Positions 38,990 to 49,313 are shown, counted from the stretch's first letter. The stretch: 64,000 nt of DNA from an uncultured Gemmatimonadota bacterium (GCA_964613475.1 CAZTGV010000002.1:14453-78452), one strand, 5' to 3'. The notes: generated from the letters alone by a model not told the origin. Numbers and translations: made by a program.

Positions 38990-40012
38990 TCATCCGCGTG
39001 GGTGGAAGGATCGATGGACCTCGCGCAGGTAGCTGCGATCGACGTGCGTGTAGATCTCGGTCGTCGAGATGTCGGCGTGGCCCAGCATCTCCTGCACGGC
39101 GGCGAGGTCCGCCCCGCCCTCCAGCAGGTGGGTGGCGAAGCTGTGCCGGAGGGTGTGCGGCGTCACCCGGCCGCCGAGGCCCGCCCGCTCGGCGTGCCCT
39201 CGCAGGATCTTCCAGACGCCCATCCGACCGAGCGGTCGGCCGTGATGGTTCAGGAAGACCCGCCCCTCCCCTTCGCCCCGGTCCAGACCGGGCCGCGACT
39301 CCCGAAGGTACCGCGCCAGCGCGTGGCGCGCACCCGCGCCGGCCGGCACCAGCCGCTCCTTGGAGCCCTTTCCGAGGATCCGCAGCAGGCTCTCCTCGAG
39401 CAGCAGGTCCCGGAGCTCGAGTCCGGTGAGCTCCGAGACCCGCAGGCCGGAGCCGTACAGCACCTCTACGATCGCCCGATCCCGGAACGCCAGCGGCCCC
39501 TCGCCCGAGGCGGCCGCCAGCAGGCGCTCCACCTCGGGATAGGAGAGCACCTCGGGCAGCGGCCGGCGCCGCCGGGGCGCCTCGAGCCGGCCGGTCGGGT
39601 CCTCCTCGACCGCCCCCTCCTGCCCGAGGAAGCCGAAGTAGGCCCGCAGGGCGGAAATCTTCCGCGACACCGTGCTGGCGGCGAGCCCTTCCTCGAACAG
39701 GTCGGCGACCCAGTCCCGGAGGTGCGGGTAGCCGACCTCCGATGGGGCCCCGAAGCCGCGCCAGGCGAGCCAGCGCGCCAGGGCCGAGGCGTCGGCCAAA
39801 TAGGCGCGGACGGTCCGCGCCGACAGCCCGCGCTCGAAGGCGAGGTGGTCGGCGAACGCCTCCAGGAGGAAGGCGGGGGGCGGGTCGCGCTCCGCCGCCT
39901 CGCGCTCCGCCGCTCCCGAATCCGAGCGGCCTTCGGCCCGCCGCTCGTCGGCATCCCGCCCGCGGCCCCGCCGCCCGTCGGATCCGCCCCCGGTCCGCCG
40001 GCGGTCGCTCAC
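38990..40012 (-). CDS. Tyrosine site-specific recombinase XerC/XerD
   Basis: Phage-integrase N-terminal SAM-like domain plus catalytic R...HxxR...Y (TPHTLRHSFATHLLEGGADLAAVQEMLGHADISTTEIYTHV). GTG at 40012 forms a GTGA overlap with dedA stop. Housekeeping context and a dif-like site 21 kb away. Confidence 0.8.
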   Translation of the reverse strand: MSDRRRTGGGSDGRRGRGRDADERRAEGRSDSGAAEREAAERDPPPAFLLEAFADHLAFERGLSARTVRAYLADASALARWLAWRGFGAPSEVGYPHLRDWVADLFEEGLAASTVSRKISALRAYFGFLGQEGAVEEDPTGRLEAPRRRRPLPEVLSYPEVERLLAAASGEGPLAFRDRAIVEVLYGSGLRVSELTGLELRDLLLEESLLRILGKGSKERLVPAGAGARHALARYLRESRPGLDRGEGEGRVFLNHHGRPLGRMGVWKILRGHAERAGLGGRVTPHTLRHSFATHLLEGGADLAAVQEMLGHADISTTEIYTHVDRSYLREVHRSFHPRG

Positions 40013-40701
40013 GTCTCTCCCGCGTTGTCCCGCCCGCGCCGCGACCGCCACCACCAGACCGCCACCGCCACCGCCAGCAGGAGCGCCCCCGCCAGGAGCC
40101 CGAGGTTGACCCGCTCGAAGGCGCCGAACAGGCGAGCCAGGTTCCGGGAGAGGAGCATCCCGAAGTAGAGCAGGATCCCGTACCACAGCGCGCCCGCCAG
40201 TCCCAGCGGCAGGGCGGCCTTCCAGAAGCGGAGCCCGCTGATCCCCGCGAACACCGGGTCCAGGGCGCGGAAGACCGGGAAGAAGCGGACGGCGAAGATG
40301 CTGAACAGGCCGTAGCGCCCGTAGAAGTCCGAGAGCCGCTGCAGCTGGTGGGGCCGGAGCAGCCGCCGCCCCCAGGCGGTGTGGAAGAGGCCGCGGCCGT
40401 ACCGCCGGCCCATCGCGTACACGCCGAGCGCCGCCGACACGTTTCCGGTCCAGGCCGAGGCGAGCACGAGCCGCGGCTCGAGCACCCCGCGCTCGGCCAG
40501 CACGGCGCCGATGAGCACGAACGTGTCGGAGGGGACCAGGGGGATCACGTTCTCCACCGCCGCCCCGACTCCCAGCAGCAGGTAGATGGACCAGATCGGG
40601 ATGCGCGCCGCCAGGTCGAGGAGCCAGTCCACCTGCGCCGGCATCGCCAGCGCCACCGCCACCGCCGCCAGGCCGCCGGCGACCGCCAGCGGCGCGGTCA
40701 T
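40009..40701 (-). CDS. DedA/SNARE-associated family membrane protein
   Basis: DedA motif (LLLGVGAAVENVIPLVPSDTFVLIGAVLA), 230 aa. ATG at 40701 (aa 83 of ORF 40009..40947). Confidence 0.75.
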   Translation of the reverse strand: MTAPLAVAGGLAAVAVALAMPAQVDWLLDLAARIPIWSIYLLLGVGAAVENVIPLVPSDTFVLIGAVLAERGVLEPRLVLASAWTGNVSAALGVYAMGRRYGRGLFHTAWGRRLLRPHQLQRLSDFYGRYGLFSIFAVRFFPVFRALDPVFAGISGLRFWKAALPLGLAGALWYGILLYFGMLLSRNLARLFGAFERVNLGLLAGALLLAVAVAVWWWRSRRGRDNAGET

Positions 40702-41210
40702 TCGGCGGCCGGAGCGGCCGTCCCCGCCTCCGGCTCCGCGGCGCGCTCCACGAGCGCCACCGCGAGCGCCGCCAGGCCCTCCCCCCGCCCGATCCACCCC
40801 ATGCCCTCGTTCCGCTTCCCCTTCACCGACACCGCCCCGGGGGGCACCCCGAGCGCGGCGGCGAGCCGCTTGCGGAGCGCCGCGGCGTGCGGCGCCAGGC
40901 GCGGGCTCTCCGCGACCACGGTCACGTCCAGGTTCACCGGCCGCCAACCCTCGCGCCGCAGGAAGGCGGCCGCCCGCGCCAGGAGCTGCAGGGAGTCGGC
41001 GCCCGCCAGGGCGGGATCCGTGTCCGGAAAGCGCTCCCCGATGCTGCCCAGCCCGGCCGCGCCGAGCAGGGCATCGATCGCCGCGTGCGCCACCGCATCC
41101 CCGTCGGAGTGTCCGGAGAGCCCCGGATGGTCCGGGATGCGCACCCCGGCCAGCACCAGCGGCCGGCCGGGATCGAAGGGGTGGGAGTCGTAGCCGATCC
41201 CGACCCGCAT
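40698..41210 (-). CDS. ispF: 2-C-methyl-D-erythritol 2,4-cyclodiphosphate synthase
   Basis: MRVGIGYDSHPF...GHSDGDAVAHA signature of IspF. Confidence 0.9.
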   Translation of the reverse strand: MRVGIGYDSHPFDPGRPLVLAGVRIPDHPGLSGHSDGDAVAHAAIDALLGAAGLGSIGERFPDTDPALAGADSLQLLARAAAFLRREGWRPVNLDVTVVAESPRLAPHAAALRKRLAAALGVPPGAVSVKGKRNEGMGWIGRGEGLAALAVALVERAAEPEAGTAAPAAE

Positions 41211-41229
41211 GGGGGGGAGGGGCCGGCGC

Positions 41230-41679
41230 TCAGGCCGGCCCGGGCTCCGGACCGGCCGCCGCGCCGCGGCGCAGGATGCGGAGCGCCAGGTGGGCGGCGT
41301 TGCGGGCGTTGTCGATGCCCACCGCGGCGACGGGCACCCCCGGGGGCATCTGGGCGATCGCCAGCAGGGCGTCGAGGCCGCCGAGCGTGCCGGCCGAGAT
41401 CGGCACCCCGATCACCGGCAGGTCGGTGTGCGCCGCCGCCACCCCAGGCAACGCCGCCGACAGCCCGGCGCCGCAGATGACCACGTCGAACCCGGCCTCC
41501 CGCGCGCCGGCGGCCAGGGCGGCCGTCCGCTCGGGCTGTCGGTGGGCGGAGGAGACCTCCACCGCCACGTCCACGCCCGCCTTCCGGAGCACCGTGACTC
41601 CCTTCTCCATGGTCGCCCGGTCGGACTCCGAGCCCATGAGGACGAGCACTCGACCCCGCGCGCCCGGGGCCTCGCTCAT
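41230..41679 (-). CDS. purE: N5-carboxyaminoimidazole ribonucleotide mutase
   Basis: PurE/AIRC fold (VLVLMGSESD...VVICGAGLSAALPGVAAAHTDLPVIGVP), 149 aa. ATG overlaps fabF stop. Confidence 0.85.
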   Translation of the reverse strand: MSEAPGARGRVLVLMGSESDRATMEKGVTVLRKAGVDVAVEVSSAHRQPERTAALAAGAREAGFDVVICGAGLSAALPGVAAAHTDLPVIGVPISAGTLGGLDALLAIAQMPPGVPVAAVGIDNARNAAHLALRILRRGAAAGPEPGPA

Positions 41680-42929
41680 CGTCCGTCCCATCGACGCACG
41701 GCCAGGCAGACGTTGTGGCCACCGAAGCCGAACGAGTTGGAGAGCGCCACCGGCACCGGCCGCTCGATCGGACCGCCGTGCGCGTACTCGAGGTCGCAGT
41801 GCGGGTCGGCCGCCTCGAAGTTGATGGTGGGCGGGATGACGCCCTCGCGGCAGACGAGCGCGGAGATGACCGTCTCGATCGCCCCCGCGGCGCCCAGGGT
41901 GTGCCCGGTCATCGACTTCGTCGAGCCCATCACCAGCTCGTACGCGTGGTCGCCGAACACCGCCTTCACGGCCTGCGTCTCGGTCGCGTCGTTCTGCGGG
42001 GTGGAGGTGCCGTGCGCGTTGATGTAGGCTACGTCCTCCTCGGACAGCCCGGCGTCCTCCAGCGCGGCCCGCATGGCGATCTGGGCCCCCTCTCCTTCGG
42101 GGGCGGGCGCGGTCATGTGGTAGGCGTCCGCGCTCTGCCCGAAGCCGACCAGCTCCGCGATGATGTCGGCCTCGCGCGCCCGCGCGTGCTCGAGCGTCTC
42201 CAGGACGAGGATCCCGGCCCCCTCCCCGAGGACGAAGCCGTCCCGGTGGAGGTCGAAGGGCCGCGAGGCCGACCCGGGATCGTCGTTCCGGGTGGAGAGC
42301 GCCTTCATGGAGGAGAAGCCCGCCATCGCCAGGGGCGTGACGGTCGCCTCCGTGCCACCGGTGATCATCACGTCCGCCTCGCCCCGCCGTACCGAGCGGA
42401 AGGCGAGCCCGACGGCGTGAGCGCTCGAGGAGCAGGCGGAGACCGTGGCGTAGTTCGGGCCCTTCGCGCCGTATCGCATCGAAATCAGGCCGGCGGCCAT
42501 GTCCGCGATGAACATCGGGATGAAGAAGGGCGAGACGCGCCCGGGGCCCCGCTCGAGCATGCGGACGTGCTGCTCCTCGAGCGTGGCCAGGCCGCCGATC
42601 CCGGATCCGACGATGACGCCCGCCCGCTCGGGCTCCAGCCGCTCCAGGGCGGGCTCCAGCCGCGCCGAGTCCACGGCCTGGCCCGCGGCGACGAGGGCGA
42701 ACTGGACGAACCGGTCCGTCCGGCGCGCCTCCTTGCGGTCCAGCCACGCCTCCGGGTCGAAGCCCTTCACCTCGCAGGCGAAGCGGACGTCCTGGTCGGA
42801 GGCGTCGAACTGGCTGATCGGCGCGGCGCCGCTCTCGCCGGCCAGGAGGGCGGTCCAGGTGGAGTCCGGGTCGTGTCCGAGAGCCGTGATGAGGCCCGCG
42901 CCCGTGAGGACGACGCGTCGGTCGGTCAT
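41676..42929 (-). CDS. fabF: 3-oxoacyl-ACP synthase II
   Basis: KAS II active-site Cys (ATVSACSSSAHAV), His-His motifs, 417 aa. Confidence 0.9.
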   Translation of the reverse strand: MTDRRVVLTGAGLITALGHDPDSTWTALLAGESGAAPISQFDASDQDVRFACEVKGFDPEAWLDRKEARRTDRFVQFALVAAGQAVDSARLEPALERLEPERAGVIVGSGIGGLATLEEQHVRMLERGPGRVSPFFIPMFIADMAAGLISMRYGAKGPNYATVSACSSSAHAVGLAFRSVRRGEADVMITGGTEATVTPLAMAGFSSMKALSTRNDDPGSASRPFDLHRDGFVLGEGAGILVLETLEHARAREADIIAELVGFGQSADAYHMTAPAPEGEGAQIAMRAALEDAGLSEEDVAYINAHGTSTPQNDATETQAVKAVFGDHAYELVMGSTKSMTGHTLGAAGAIETVISALVCREGVIPPTINFEAADPHCDLEYAHGGPIERPVPVALSNSFGFGGHNVCLAVRRWDGR

Positions 42930-43023
42930 CGAGGTGGTCCCGTCGTCGGCGGGGTCCGCGACCCCCGGCTCAGTCGCCGCTCGGGCGACCGGGGCGCGCC
43001 GGCGGGCGGGAGGATGGCACGGC

Positions 43024-43263
43024 CTACGCCTCCTGCTTCCGCTGCAGGTAGGCGATCGCGTCGCCGACCGTCTGCATCTGCTCGGCGTCCTCGTCCGGGA
43101 TCTCGATCCCGAACTCCTCCTCGAACGCCATCACCAGCTCGACGGTGTCGAGCGAGTCCGCTCCCAGGTCCTCCACGAACGAGGCGTCCTCGGTGACCTT
43201 TTCCTGCTCGACCCCGAGCTCCTGGGCGATGATCTCCTTGACCCGCGTGCCTGTCTCCGACAT
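43024..43263 (-). CDS. acpP: Acyl carrier protein
   Basis: [13 protein letters not shown] phosphopantetheine attachment motif, 79 aa. GGAGGG RBS upstream. Confidence 0.9.
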   Translation of the reverse strand: MSETGTRVKEIIAQELGVEQEKVTEDASFVEDLGADSLDTVELVMAFEEEFGIEIPDEDAEQMQTVGDAIAYLQRKQEA

Positions 43264-43315
43264 TCCGTGCCCTCCCTGTTCGAGGCTGTCGAGCGCCCGT
43301 GGCCGGACGGTGCGC

Positions 43316-44053
43316 TCACATCACCATGCCGCCGTCCACCACGAACACCTGGCCCGTGACGTACGAGGCCGACGGTCCGGCGAGCACGCGCACCACGCGC
43401 GCGACCTCGGCGGGGGTCCCGAAGCGCTGCACGGGGATCCGGCCGAGAAGCTCCGAGCGCACCTCATCCGGCAGCGCGGCCGTCATCTCGGTCTCGATGA
43501 AGCCGGGCGCGACCACGTTGGCGAGCACGCCGCGGCCGGCCAACTCCTGAGCCACCGACTTGGTGAGCGCGTGGAGCGCGGCCTTGGACGCCGCATAGTT
43601 GGCTTGGCCCCGGTTTCCCGTCAAGCCCACCACGCTGGAGATGTTGATGATGCGCCCCTCGCGGCGACGCATCATGCCGCGCGCCACGGCCCTCATCATG
43701 TAGAAGGGGCCTGCGAGATTGGTCGCCAGCACGGCGTTCCACTCCTCGTCCTTCATGCGGACGAGGAGGTTGTCCCGGGTGATCCCGGCGTTGTTGACCA
43801 GGACGGACACCGGGCCGAGGGATTCCTCGACCGCCTCCACCAGGGCCACGCACGCCTCCGGATCGCCCACGTCGGCGGCGAACCCCTCGCCCCCGCCGCC
43901 GCCCAGCACCTCCGCGGCCTCCCGCGCCTTGCCGCCGTCCCGACCCACGATCGCCACGCGGGCCCCCGCGGCGGCCAGCTCCTCGGCGATCGCGAAACCG
44001 ATGCCGCGCGAACCCCCGGTCACGATCGCGACCTTGCCGTCCAGCTCCTGCAT
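43316..44053 (-). CDS. fabG: 3-oxoacyl-ACP reductase
   Basis: SDR: [11 protein letters not shown](P)-binding motif, catalytic YxxxK (YAASKAA). Confidence 0.9.
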   Translation of the reverse strand: MQELDGKVAIVTGGSRGIGFAIAEELAAAGARVAIVGRDGGKAREAAEVLGGGGGEGFAADVGDPEACVALVEAVEESLGPVSVLVNNAGITRDNLLVRMKDEEWNAVLATNLAGPFYMMRAVARGMMRRREGRIINISSVVGLTGNRGQANYAASKAALHALTKSVAQELAGRGVLANVVAPGFIETEMTAALPDEVRSELLGRIPVQRFGTPAEVARVVRVLAGPSASYVTGQVFVVDGGMVM

Positions 44054-44150
44054 CCCGCCTCCCTTGCGTACGCTTCGCGCCGTCCGCCGCGCGCCGGCGG
44101 CGCGGCGAGAGCCCGCCGTCCGCCGCCGACCTTCGGCCCCGCGGTCCGCC

Positions 44151-45089
44151 TCAGCCCGCCGGGGCCTCCCCCGTGAGCGCCTCCACGGCGGCCACGTCCC
44201 CCACCGGCGTCGCCTCGAGCGACCGGTCGATGCGGCGCAGCAGCCCGGTCAGGACCGCGCCCGGCCCCGGCTCGATCCACCGGTCGGGCTCGAACGCCCG
44301 CATCGCCTCGATCCCCTCGGCCCACCGGACCGGCGACGTGAGCTGCTCGACGAGCGTCCGTCGCGCCTCGGCGGCCCGCTCGATCGGGCCGGCGGTCGCG
44401 TTCGCCACCACCGGGATGCGGGGGTCCGCGAGCTCCACCCGGTCGAGCGCGGCCCGCAACCCCTCGCGCGCCTCCTCCATCAGCGGGGAGTGGAAGGCGC
44501 CGCTCACCTCGAGCGGCACGACCCGCCGCGCCCCGCGCTCGGCCGCGAGCGCCGCCGCCGCCTCGACGGCGGCCACGTCCCCCGAGATCACGATCTGCCC
44601 CGGCGCGTTGTAGTTGGCCGGGACCACGGTTCCCGACTCCACCTCCCGGCAGAGCGCGGCCACCGCATCGGGCTCGAGGCCGAGCACGGCGGCCATCGTC
44701 CCGGGCCGGGTCGTCCCCGCCCGTGCCATCAGCTCGCCCCTGCGGCGCACGACCCGCAGCGCGTCCCCGAAGGACCAGGTGCCGGCGATCAGGTGGGCGG
44801 TGAACTCGCCCAGGGAGTGGCCGGCGGCCACCACCGCCGAATCCCCCAGGACCGGCTCGAGCAGCCGCCACACGGCGTAGCCGTGGACGAGCAGCGCCGG
44901 CTGCGCGTTCTCGGTGGCGGTCAGCGCCTCGAGCGGCCCCTCCCAGGATAGGCGGCTGAGCGGAGCCGACAGGAGGTCGTCCGCCTCCTCATACAGCGCC
45001 CGGATGGCCGGAAAGCGTTCCGCCAGGTCGCGCCCCATGCCGACCCGCTGCGAGCCCTGCCCCGGCAGCAGGAGCGCCACCCGACTCAC
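44151..45089 (-). CDS. fabD: Malonyl CoA-ACP transacylase
   Basis: GQGSQ and GHSLGE active-site motifs. GTG at 45089 (aa 26 of ORF 44151..45164). Confidence 0.85.
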   Translation of the reverse strand: MSRVALLLPGQGSQRVGMGRDLAERFPAIRALYEEADDLLSAPLSRLSWEGPLEALTATENAQPALLVHGYAVWRLLEPVLGDSAVVAAGHSLGEFTAHLIAGTWSFGDALRVVRRRGELMARAGTTRPGTMAAVLGLEPDAVAALCREVESGTVVPANYNAPGQIVISGDVAAVEAAAALAAERGARRVVPLEVSGAFHSPLMEEAREGLRAALDRVELADPRIPVVANATAGPIERAAEARRTLVEQLTSPVRWAEGIEAMRAFEPDRWIEPGPGAVLTGLLRRIDRSLEATPVGDVAAVEALTGEAPAG

Positions 45090-45168
45090 GCGGTCCCTCC
45101 GGCGCGAGCGGGCTCGGCCCCCCGCCTGTCGGACGCGTCCCGCTCCGGCCGCCCCGCGCGGCACCGCC

Positions 45169-46164
45169 TCACGAGACGGCGCTCGCCGCCAGCCGCTCCA
45201 GGTCGCGCGCCATCTCGCGCACCATCCCGGCCCGTGCGGCGTCCACCGCCATCTGCACCGCGTTCTTGATCGCCCGGGGCGGCGACGCCCCGTGACAGAT
45301 GATCACTACCCCGTCGACCCCGAGCAGGGGCGCCCCCCCGTACTCCGCGTAGTCGAGGAACTGGAACAGGTCCTCCAGCTCCTCCCGGGCGTCGCGAAAC
45401 CGCTCCCGCAGCAGGCCGAGGACGAACCCGGCCATCGACTCGTAGAACTTGAGCAACACGTTTCCCACGAAGCCGTCGCACACGACGACGTCGCACGCGC
45501 CCTCGATGATGCGATGTCCCTCGACGTTGCCCACGAAGCGAAGGGTCGCGTCCTCCCGCAGCCGCGCGTGGACCGCCTGGGCGAGCTCGTCGCCCTTTTC
45601 CTCCTCCTCGCCCACGTTCAGGAGCCCGACCCGGGGCCGGGGCAAGCCGAGGAGCTCGCGCGCGTAGATGGTGCCGAGATGGGCGAACTGGTGAAGGTGC
45701 GCGGGACGCGAGCCGACGTTGGCCCCCGCGTCCAGCACGAGCGCCGGACCGCGCGAGGTAGGAAAGACGGCCCCCGCGGCGGGACGATCCACGCCCGCCA
45801 GGGGGCCGAGGATGAGGACCGAGGCGGCCATCACCGCGCCCGTGGAGCCGGCGGAGATGAACGCGTCCGCCTCGCCCCGCCGGACCGCCTCGAGCCCGAC
45901 GACGATCGAGCTGTCGCGCTTGCGGCGGACAGCGAGGGCCGGCGCCTCGGACGGCTCGATCACGTCCGAAGCGGGCAGGATTCGCAGCCCCTCTCGAGGC
46001 CCGGTCCCGAGGACGCGCTCGATCCGCTCGGGCGCCCCGACCAGGAGCGCCTCCACGCCATCGGGCCGCTCGGCGAGCGCCTCCCGGGCGCCGGCGACGG
46101 GGACCCCGGGGGCGCCGTCGCCGCCCATCGCATCCACCGCGATCCGGACCGCGCGGCTGCCCAC
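45169..46164 (-). CDS. plsX: Phosphate acyltransferase PlsX
   Basis: PlsX family (IAVDAMGGDGAP...), 331 aa. Classic rpmF-plsX-fab context. Confidence 0.9.
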   Translation of the reverse strand: MGSRAVRIAVDAMGGDGAPGVPVAGAREALAERPDGVEALLVGAPERIERVLGTGPREGLRILPASDVIEPSEAPALAVRRKRDSSIVVGLEAVRRGEADAFISAGSTGAVMAASVLILGPLAGVDRPAAGAVFPTSRGPALVLDAGANVGSRPAHLHQFAHLGTIYARELLGLPRPRVGLLNVGEEEEKGDELAQAVHARLREDATLRFVGNVEGHRIIEGACDVVVCDGFVGNVLLKFYESMAGFVLGLLRERFRDAREELEDLFQFLDYAEYGGAPLLGVDGVVIICHGASPPRAIKNAVQMAVDAARAGMVREMARDLERLAASAVS

Positions 46165-46210
46165 GGCGGCGTCGCCTTCCCGAGAGCCCGGTACGCGGCG
46201 CCGGGGCCGG

Positions 46211-46393
46211 CTAGAACTCCTCGGTACGCACCACCTCGCGGCCGTCGTAGTAGCCGCAGGTGGGGCAGACGCGGTGGGGTCGCCGCGGGTCCCCGCAGCG
46301 TGGGCAGGCCTGGTGGGCCGGAATCTCGGCCGCGTGGTGCGTGCGGCGCTTCCGCTTCCGCTGCTTGGATGTGCGCTTCTTCGGTACGGCCAT
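46211..46393 (-). CDS. rpmF: 50S ribosomal protein L32
   Basis: MAVPKKRTSKQRKRKRR... L32 N-terminus, 60 aa with CxxC...CxxC. Confidence 0.9.
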   Translation of the reverse strand: MAVPKKRTSKQRKRKRRTHHAAEIPAHQACPRCGDPRRPHRVCPTCGYYDGREVVRTEEF

Positions 46394-46500
46394 CTGTGGA
46401 TCCTTTCCGTTTGGGGCGGGCGTGGACGCGCCCGCCGGCCCCGGCCGACCGGGAGGCGCCCCGCGGCGGCCCGGCGCCTAGATCTCGCGGGCGCTCGCGC

Positions 46501-47004
46501 TCAGGACTCTCGCACCGCGCGGAGCGCGTCCCAGCGGGGGTCCCGCTCCTCCTGCACGCAGTCGCAGGCGGCTTCGTTCCAGTCCGTCCCGCAGCGCGGG
46601 CAGAGTCCCGCGCAGTCCGGGCGGCAGAGCGGCCAGGCCGGCAGCGCCAGCAGGAGCTCCTCGCGCAGCATCTCCGTCAGGTCCAGCGGCCGCGCCTCGG
46701 GCGGCAGCGGATAGATCGCCTCCTCCGGCGTCCCTTCCCCGCCACCCGGCCGGAACCGGCCGGCGAAGGGCACGACGAGGCGCCGCTCCAGGGGCCGGAG
46801 GCACCGCCGGCAGCCGAGGCGGAGCGTGACCGTCAGGGTCCCGGTGACCCGGAGGTCCTCGTCGCCCGCGGGGGCGATCTCGTAGGCGAGGTCGGCCCCC
46901 TCCTCGGCGAGCGGCACGTCCGGCCACGCCTCGCCCGGTGCGGCCAGCTCTCCGCGGCGCTCCAATCCAGAGGGACCGAGCTCCCGCTGGTCGATCGTCA
47001 GCAT
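46501..47004 (-). CDS. yceD: YceD/DUF177 family protein (large-subunit rRNA accumulation protein)
   Basis: DUF177 architecture with C-terminal CxxC...CxxC cluster. Conserved position upstream of rpmF. Confidence 0.8.
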   Translation of the reverse strand: MLTIDQRELGPSGLERRGELAAPGEAWPDVPLAEEGADLAYEIAPAGDEDLRVTGTLTVTLRLGCRRCLRPLERRLVVPFAGRFRPGGGEGTPEEAIYPLPPEARPLDLTEMLREELLLALPAWPLCRPDCAGLCPRCGTDWNEAACDCVQEERDPRWDALRAVRES

Positions 47005-47059
47005 GAAAACGGCCCGTATATGTACGTGGGTGAACGATGAGCGTCAATCCGCCCCGGAT

Positions 47060-47494
47060 TCAGTCCACCAGGTCCAGATGGCCGAAGAAGAACGCCACTT
47101 CCTCGACCGCCGTCCGGACCGAATCGGAGGCGTGGATCGCGTTGCGCTCCTTGCTCTCGGCGAACAGGGCGCGGATCGTACCCTCCTCCGCCTCCGCCGG
47201 GTCCGTCGCCCCGATCACGTGCCGGAGGTGGGCCACCGCATCGGCTCGCCGGAGGGCCAGCGCCAGGCACGGACCCGAGGTCATGAAGTCTACCAGGGAG
47301 GTGAAGAAAGGTTTCCCGTGGTGGACGGCGTAGAACCGCTCGGCCGCCGGCTTTCCGAGCCGCACCACGCGGGCGCCGAGCAGTCGGAAGCCTTCTTCCT
47401 CCAGGTGCGCCAGGATGCGGCCCGCCAGACCGCGTCCGAACGCGTCCGGCTTCACGATCGCGAGGGTGGTCTCCGCCTGGGCCGCGCCGCTCAT
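47060..47494 (-). CDS. ndk: Nucleoside diphosphate kinase
   Basis: NDK motifs (TLAIVKPDAF, NAIHASDS with catalytic His), 144 aa. Confidence 0.9.
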   Translation of the reverse strand: MSGAAQAETTLAIVKPDAFGRGLAGRILAHLEEEGFRLLGARVVRLGKPAAERFYAVHHGKPFFTSLVDFMTSGPCLALALRRADAVAHLRHVIGATDPAEAEEGTIRALFAESKERNAIHASDSVRTAVEEVAFFFGHLDLVD

Positions 47495-48447
47495 TCACCC
47501 CCCTCCGTCGCCATCCCGCCCCTCGGGTCGGGCGGGGGCGCGGAGTCGCCTCCCGCGCCGTCCAGGCCGCCGGACGGCGCGAGGAGCCGGCGGATGATGT
47601 CGCCCCGGGTGAGAAAGCCGGCCAGCTCGCCCTCGACCACGACCGGGAAGCGATCCACGTCCTTCTGCACCATGGTGTTCGCCACCTCTCGCAGGCTCTG
47701 GTCGTCTCGCACGCACATCACGCTGCGGAGCATCCGATCCCGGACCGGGACCGAGCCCCCGTCCCCAGCCTCGTCCTCCGCCTCGTCTTCCGACACGCCC
47801 GCGACGCGGGGGAGGAAGTGCTGGAGTACCTCGCGGTCGGTGATCATCCCCAGGATCTCGCCCGCCTCGTTGACGACCGGAACGGCCCGCAGGCGGCGGC
47901 TGGCCATCAGGGCCGCCACTTCCTGCAGCGTCGCCTCGGGGGTCACGGAGGCGACCCCGGGGGTCATCACATCGCGCACCAGGAGCTCCTCGCCGAGCCG
48001 CGTCTCCGTCCAGCCGGGAAGCGCCAGGGCCTCCTCGGCGGAGCGGGCCGCCGCCAGCCGCTCGGCGGTCTCGCCGCGGCGCAGCATGTGGCCGAGCGCC
48101 GACAGCGCCTGCAGATACCGGCCGGTCGGCGCGGTGGGCGCGACGAGCAGCAGCAGCAGCCGGGCGCCCGGCGCGGTCCCGGGCGCGAAGGGCAGCGGTC
48201 CGGGGGCGATGCCCAGCGCCAGGCGGACGTCGGCGACCGCGTCGTCCCGCAGGCGCGCCAGGAGCGCGTGCTCGCCGATCGGCACCAGGTCCTCCACGGC
48301 CGGCGCGCCGGGTCCCGGGCCCGCGCTCCCCGCGGCGGCGCGCAGCCGCTCCACCGCCGCCGGGAGCTCCCGCGCCCGGAGGGGCACGACCACCGCCCCC
48401 GGCGCGACCAGGTCGCGCAGCGATCCGGGCGCCGCGCCGACGCTCAC
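47491..48447 (-). CDS. PTS EIIA type-2 (EIIA-Ntr/PtsN-like) domain fused to tandem CBS domains
   Basis: N-terminal EIIA-2-like domain with His-containing PIGEHA segment and [30 protein letters not shown] block resembling PtsN. C-terminal CBS pair ([36 protein letters not shown]...). GTG at 48447 forms a GTGA overlap with sucD stop; stop overlaps ndk start. Confidence 0.65.
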   Translation of the reverse strand: MSVGAAPGSLRDLVAPGAVVVPLRARELPAAVERLRAAAGSAGPGPGAPAVEDLVPIGEHALLARLRDDAVADVRLALGIAPGPLPFAPGTAPGARLLLLLVAPTAPTGRYLQALSALGHMLRRGETAERLAAARSAEEALALPGWTETRLGEELLVRDVMTPGVASVTPEATLQEVAALMASRRLRAVPVVNEAGEILGMITDREVLQHFLPRVAGVSEDEAEDEAGDGGSVPVRDRMLRSVMCVRDDQSLREVANTMVQKDVDRFPVVVEGELAGFLTRGDIIRRLLAPSGGLDGAGGDSAPPPDPRGGMATEGGE

Positions 48448-49313
48448 ATCCACGCGCGCACGATGTCCACCAGGTCCGCCGGGCGCTCCGCGACCTCGTG
48501 GCCCTGCTCTCGAAGGAACCGCATCTTCTCCTCCGCCGTACCCTCGGTGCCGGAGATGATGGCGCCGGCGTGCCCCATCCGGCGACCCGGCGGGGCGGTC
48601 TGGCCCGCGATGAACCCCGCCACCGGCTTCGTCATGAACTTGGCCGCGTATTCGGCGGCCGCCTGCTCGTCCGTGCCCCCGATCTCGCCGATCAGGACCA
48701 CCCCGCGCGTCTCCTCGTCCGCTTCGAACGCCTTCAGCACGTCGACGAAGTCGGTCCCGATCAGGGGGTCGCCGCCGATCCCGATGCAGGTCGACTGCCC
48801 GATCCCGGCGCGGGTGAGTTGGAAGATCACCTCGTAGGTGAGGGTCCCCGACCGGCTCACGATCCCGATCGGCCCGCGACGGACGATCTGGCCCGGCAGG
48901 ATGCCGACCTTGCACACCTCGGGCACGATCAGGCCGGGACAGTTCGGGCCGATGAGCCGCACCCCCTGGTCGCGCACGTAGGCCAGCACCCGAATCATGT
49001 CCGCCACCGGGATCCCCTCCGTGATGCACACGATGAGATCGATCCCGCTGTCCGCCGCCTCGAAGATCGCGTCGGCGGCGAAGCGCGCCGGCACGTAGAT
49101 GACGCTCGTGTCGGCGCCGGTCTCCCGGACCGCGTCGGCGACCGTGTGGAAGATCGGGACCGCGTCGTCGAAGGCCTGCCCTCCCTTCCCGGGCGTGACG
49201 CCCGCCACCACGCGCGTCCCGTACTCGATCATCTGACGGGCGTGGAAGGAGCCGTCCCTGCCGGTGATCCCCTGCACGACCAGGCGGGTCTCGCCATCGA
49301 TGAACACGCTCAT
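48444..49313 (-). CDS. sucD: Succinate--CoA ligase subunit alpha
   Basis: CoA-binding [10 protein letters not shown], phospho-His loop (GHAGAII), 289 aa. ATG at 49313 overlaps sucC stop. Confidence 0.9.
   Translation of the reverse strand: MSVFIDGETRLVVQGITGRDGSFHARQMIEYGTRVVAGVTPGKGGQAFDDAVPIFHTVADAVRETGADTSVIYVPARFAADAIFEAADSGIDLIVCITEGIPVADMIRVLAYVRDQGVRLIGPNCPGLIVPEVCKVGILPGQIVRRGPIGIVSRSGTLTYEVIFQLTRAGIGQSTCIGIGGDPLIGTDFVDVLKAFEADEETRGVVLIGEIGGTDEQAAAEYAAKFMTKPVAGFIAGQTAPPGRRMGHAGAIISGTEGTAEEKMRFLREQGHEVAERPADLVDIVRAWM

Noticed and set aside
38990-40012. Tyrosine recombinase considered as a phage or integrative-element integrase marking a mobile element
   Set aside because: It carries the XerC/XerD-type C-terminal motif and is flanked by housekeeping genes (ispF, dedA, nitroreductase, kds genes) with translational-coupling overlaps. 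No att-like repeats, tRNA target or phage genes are nearby.
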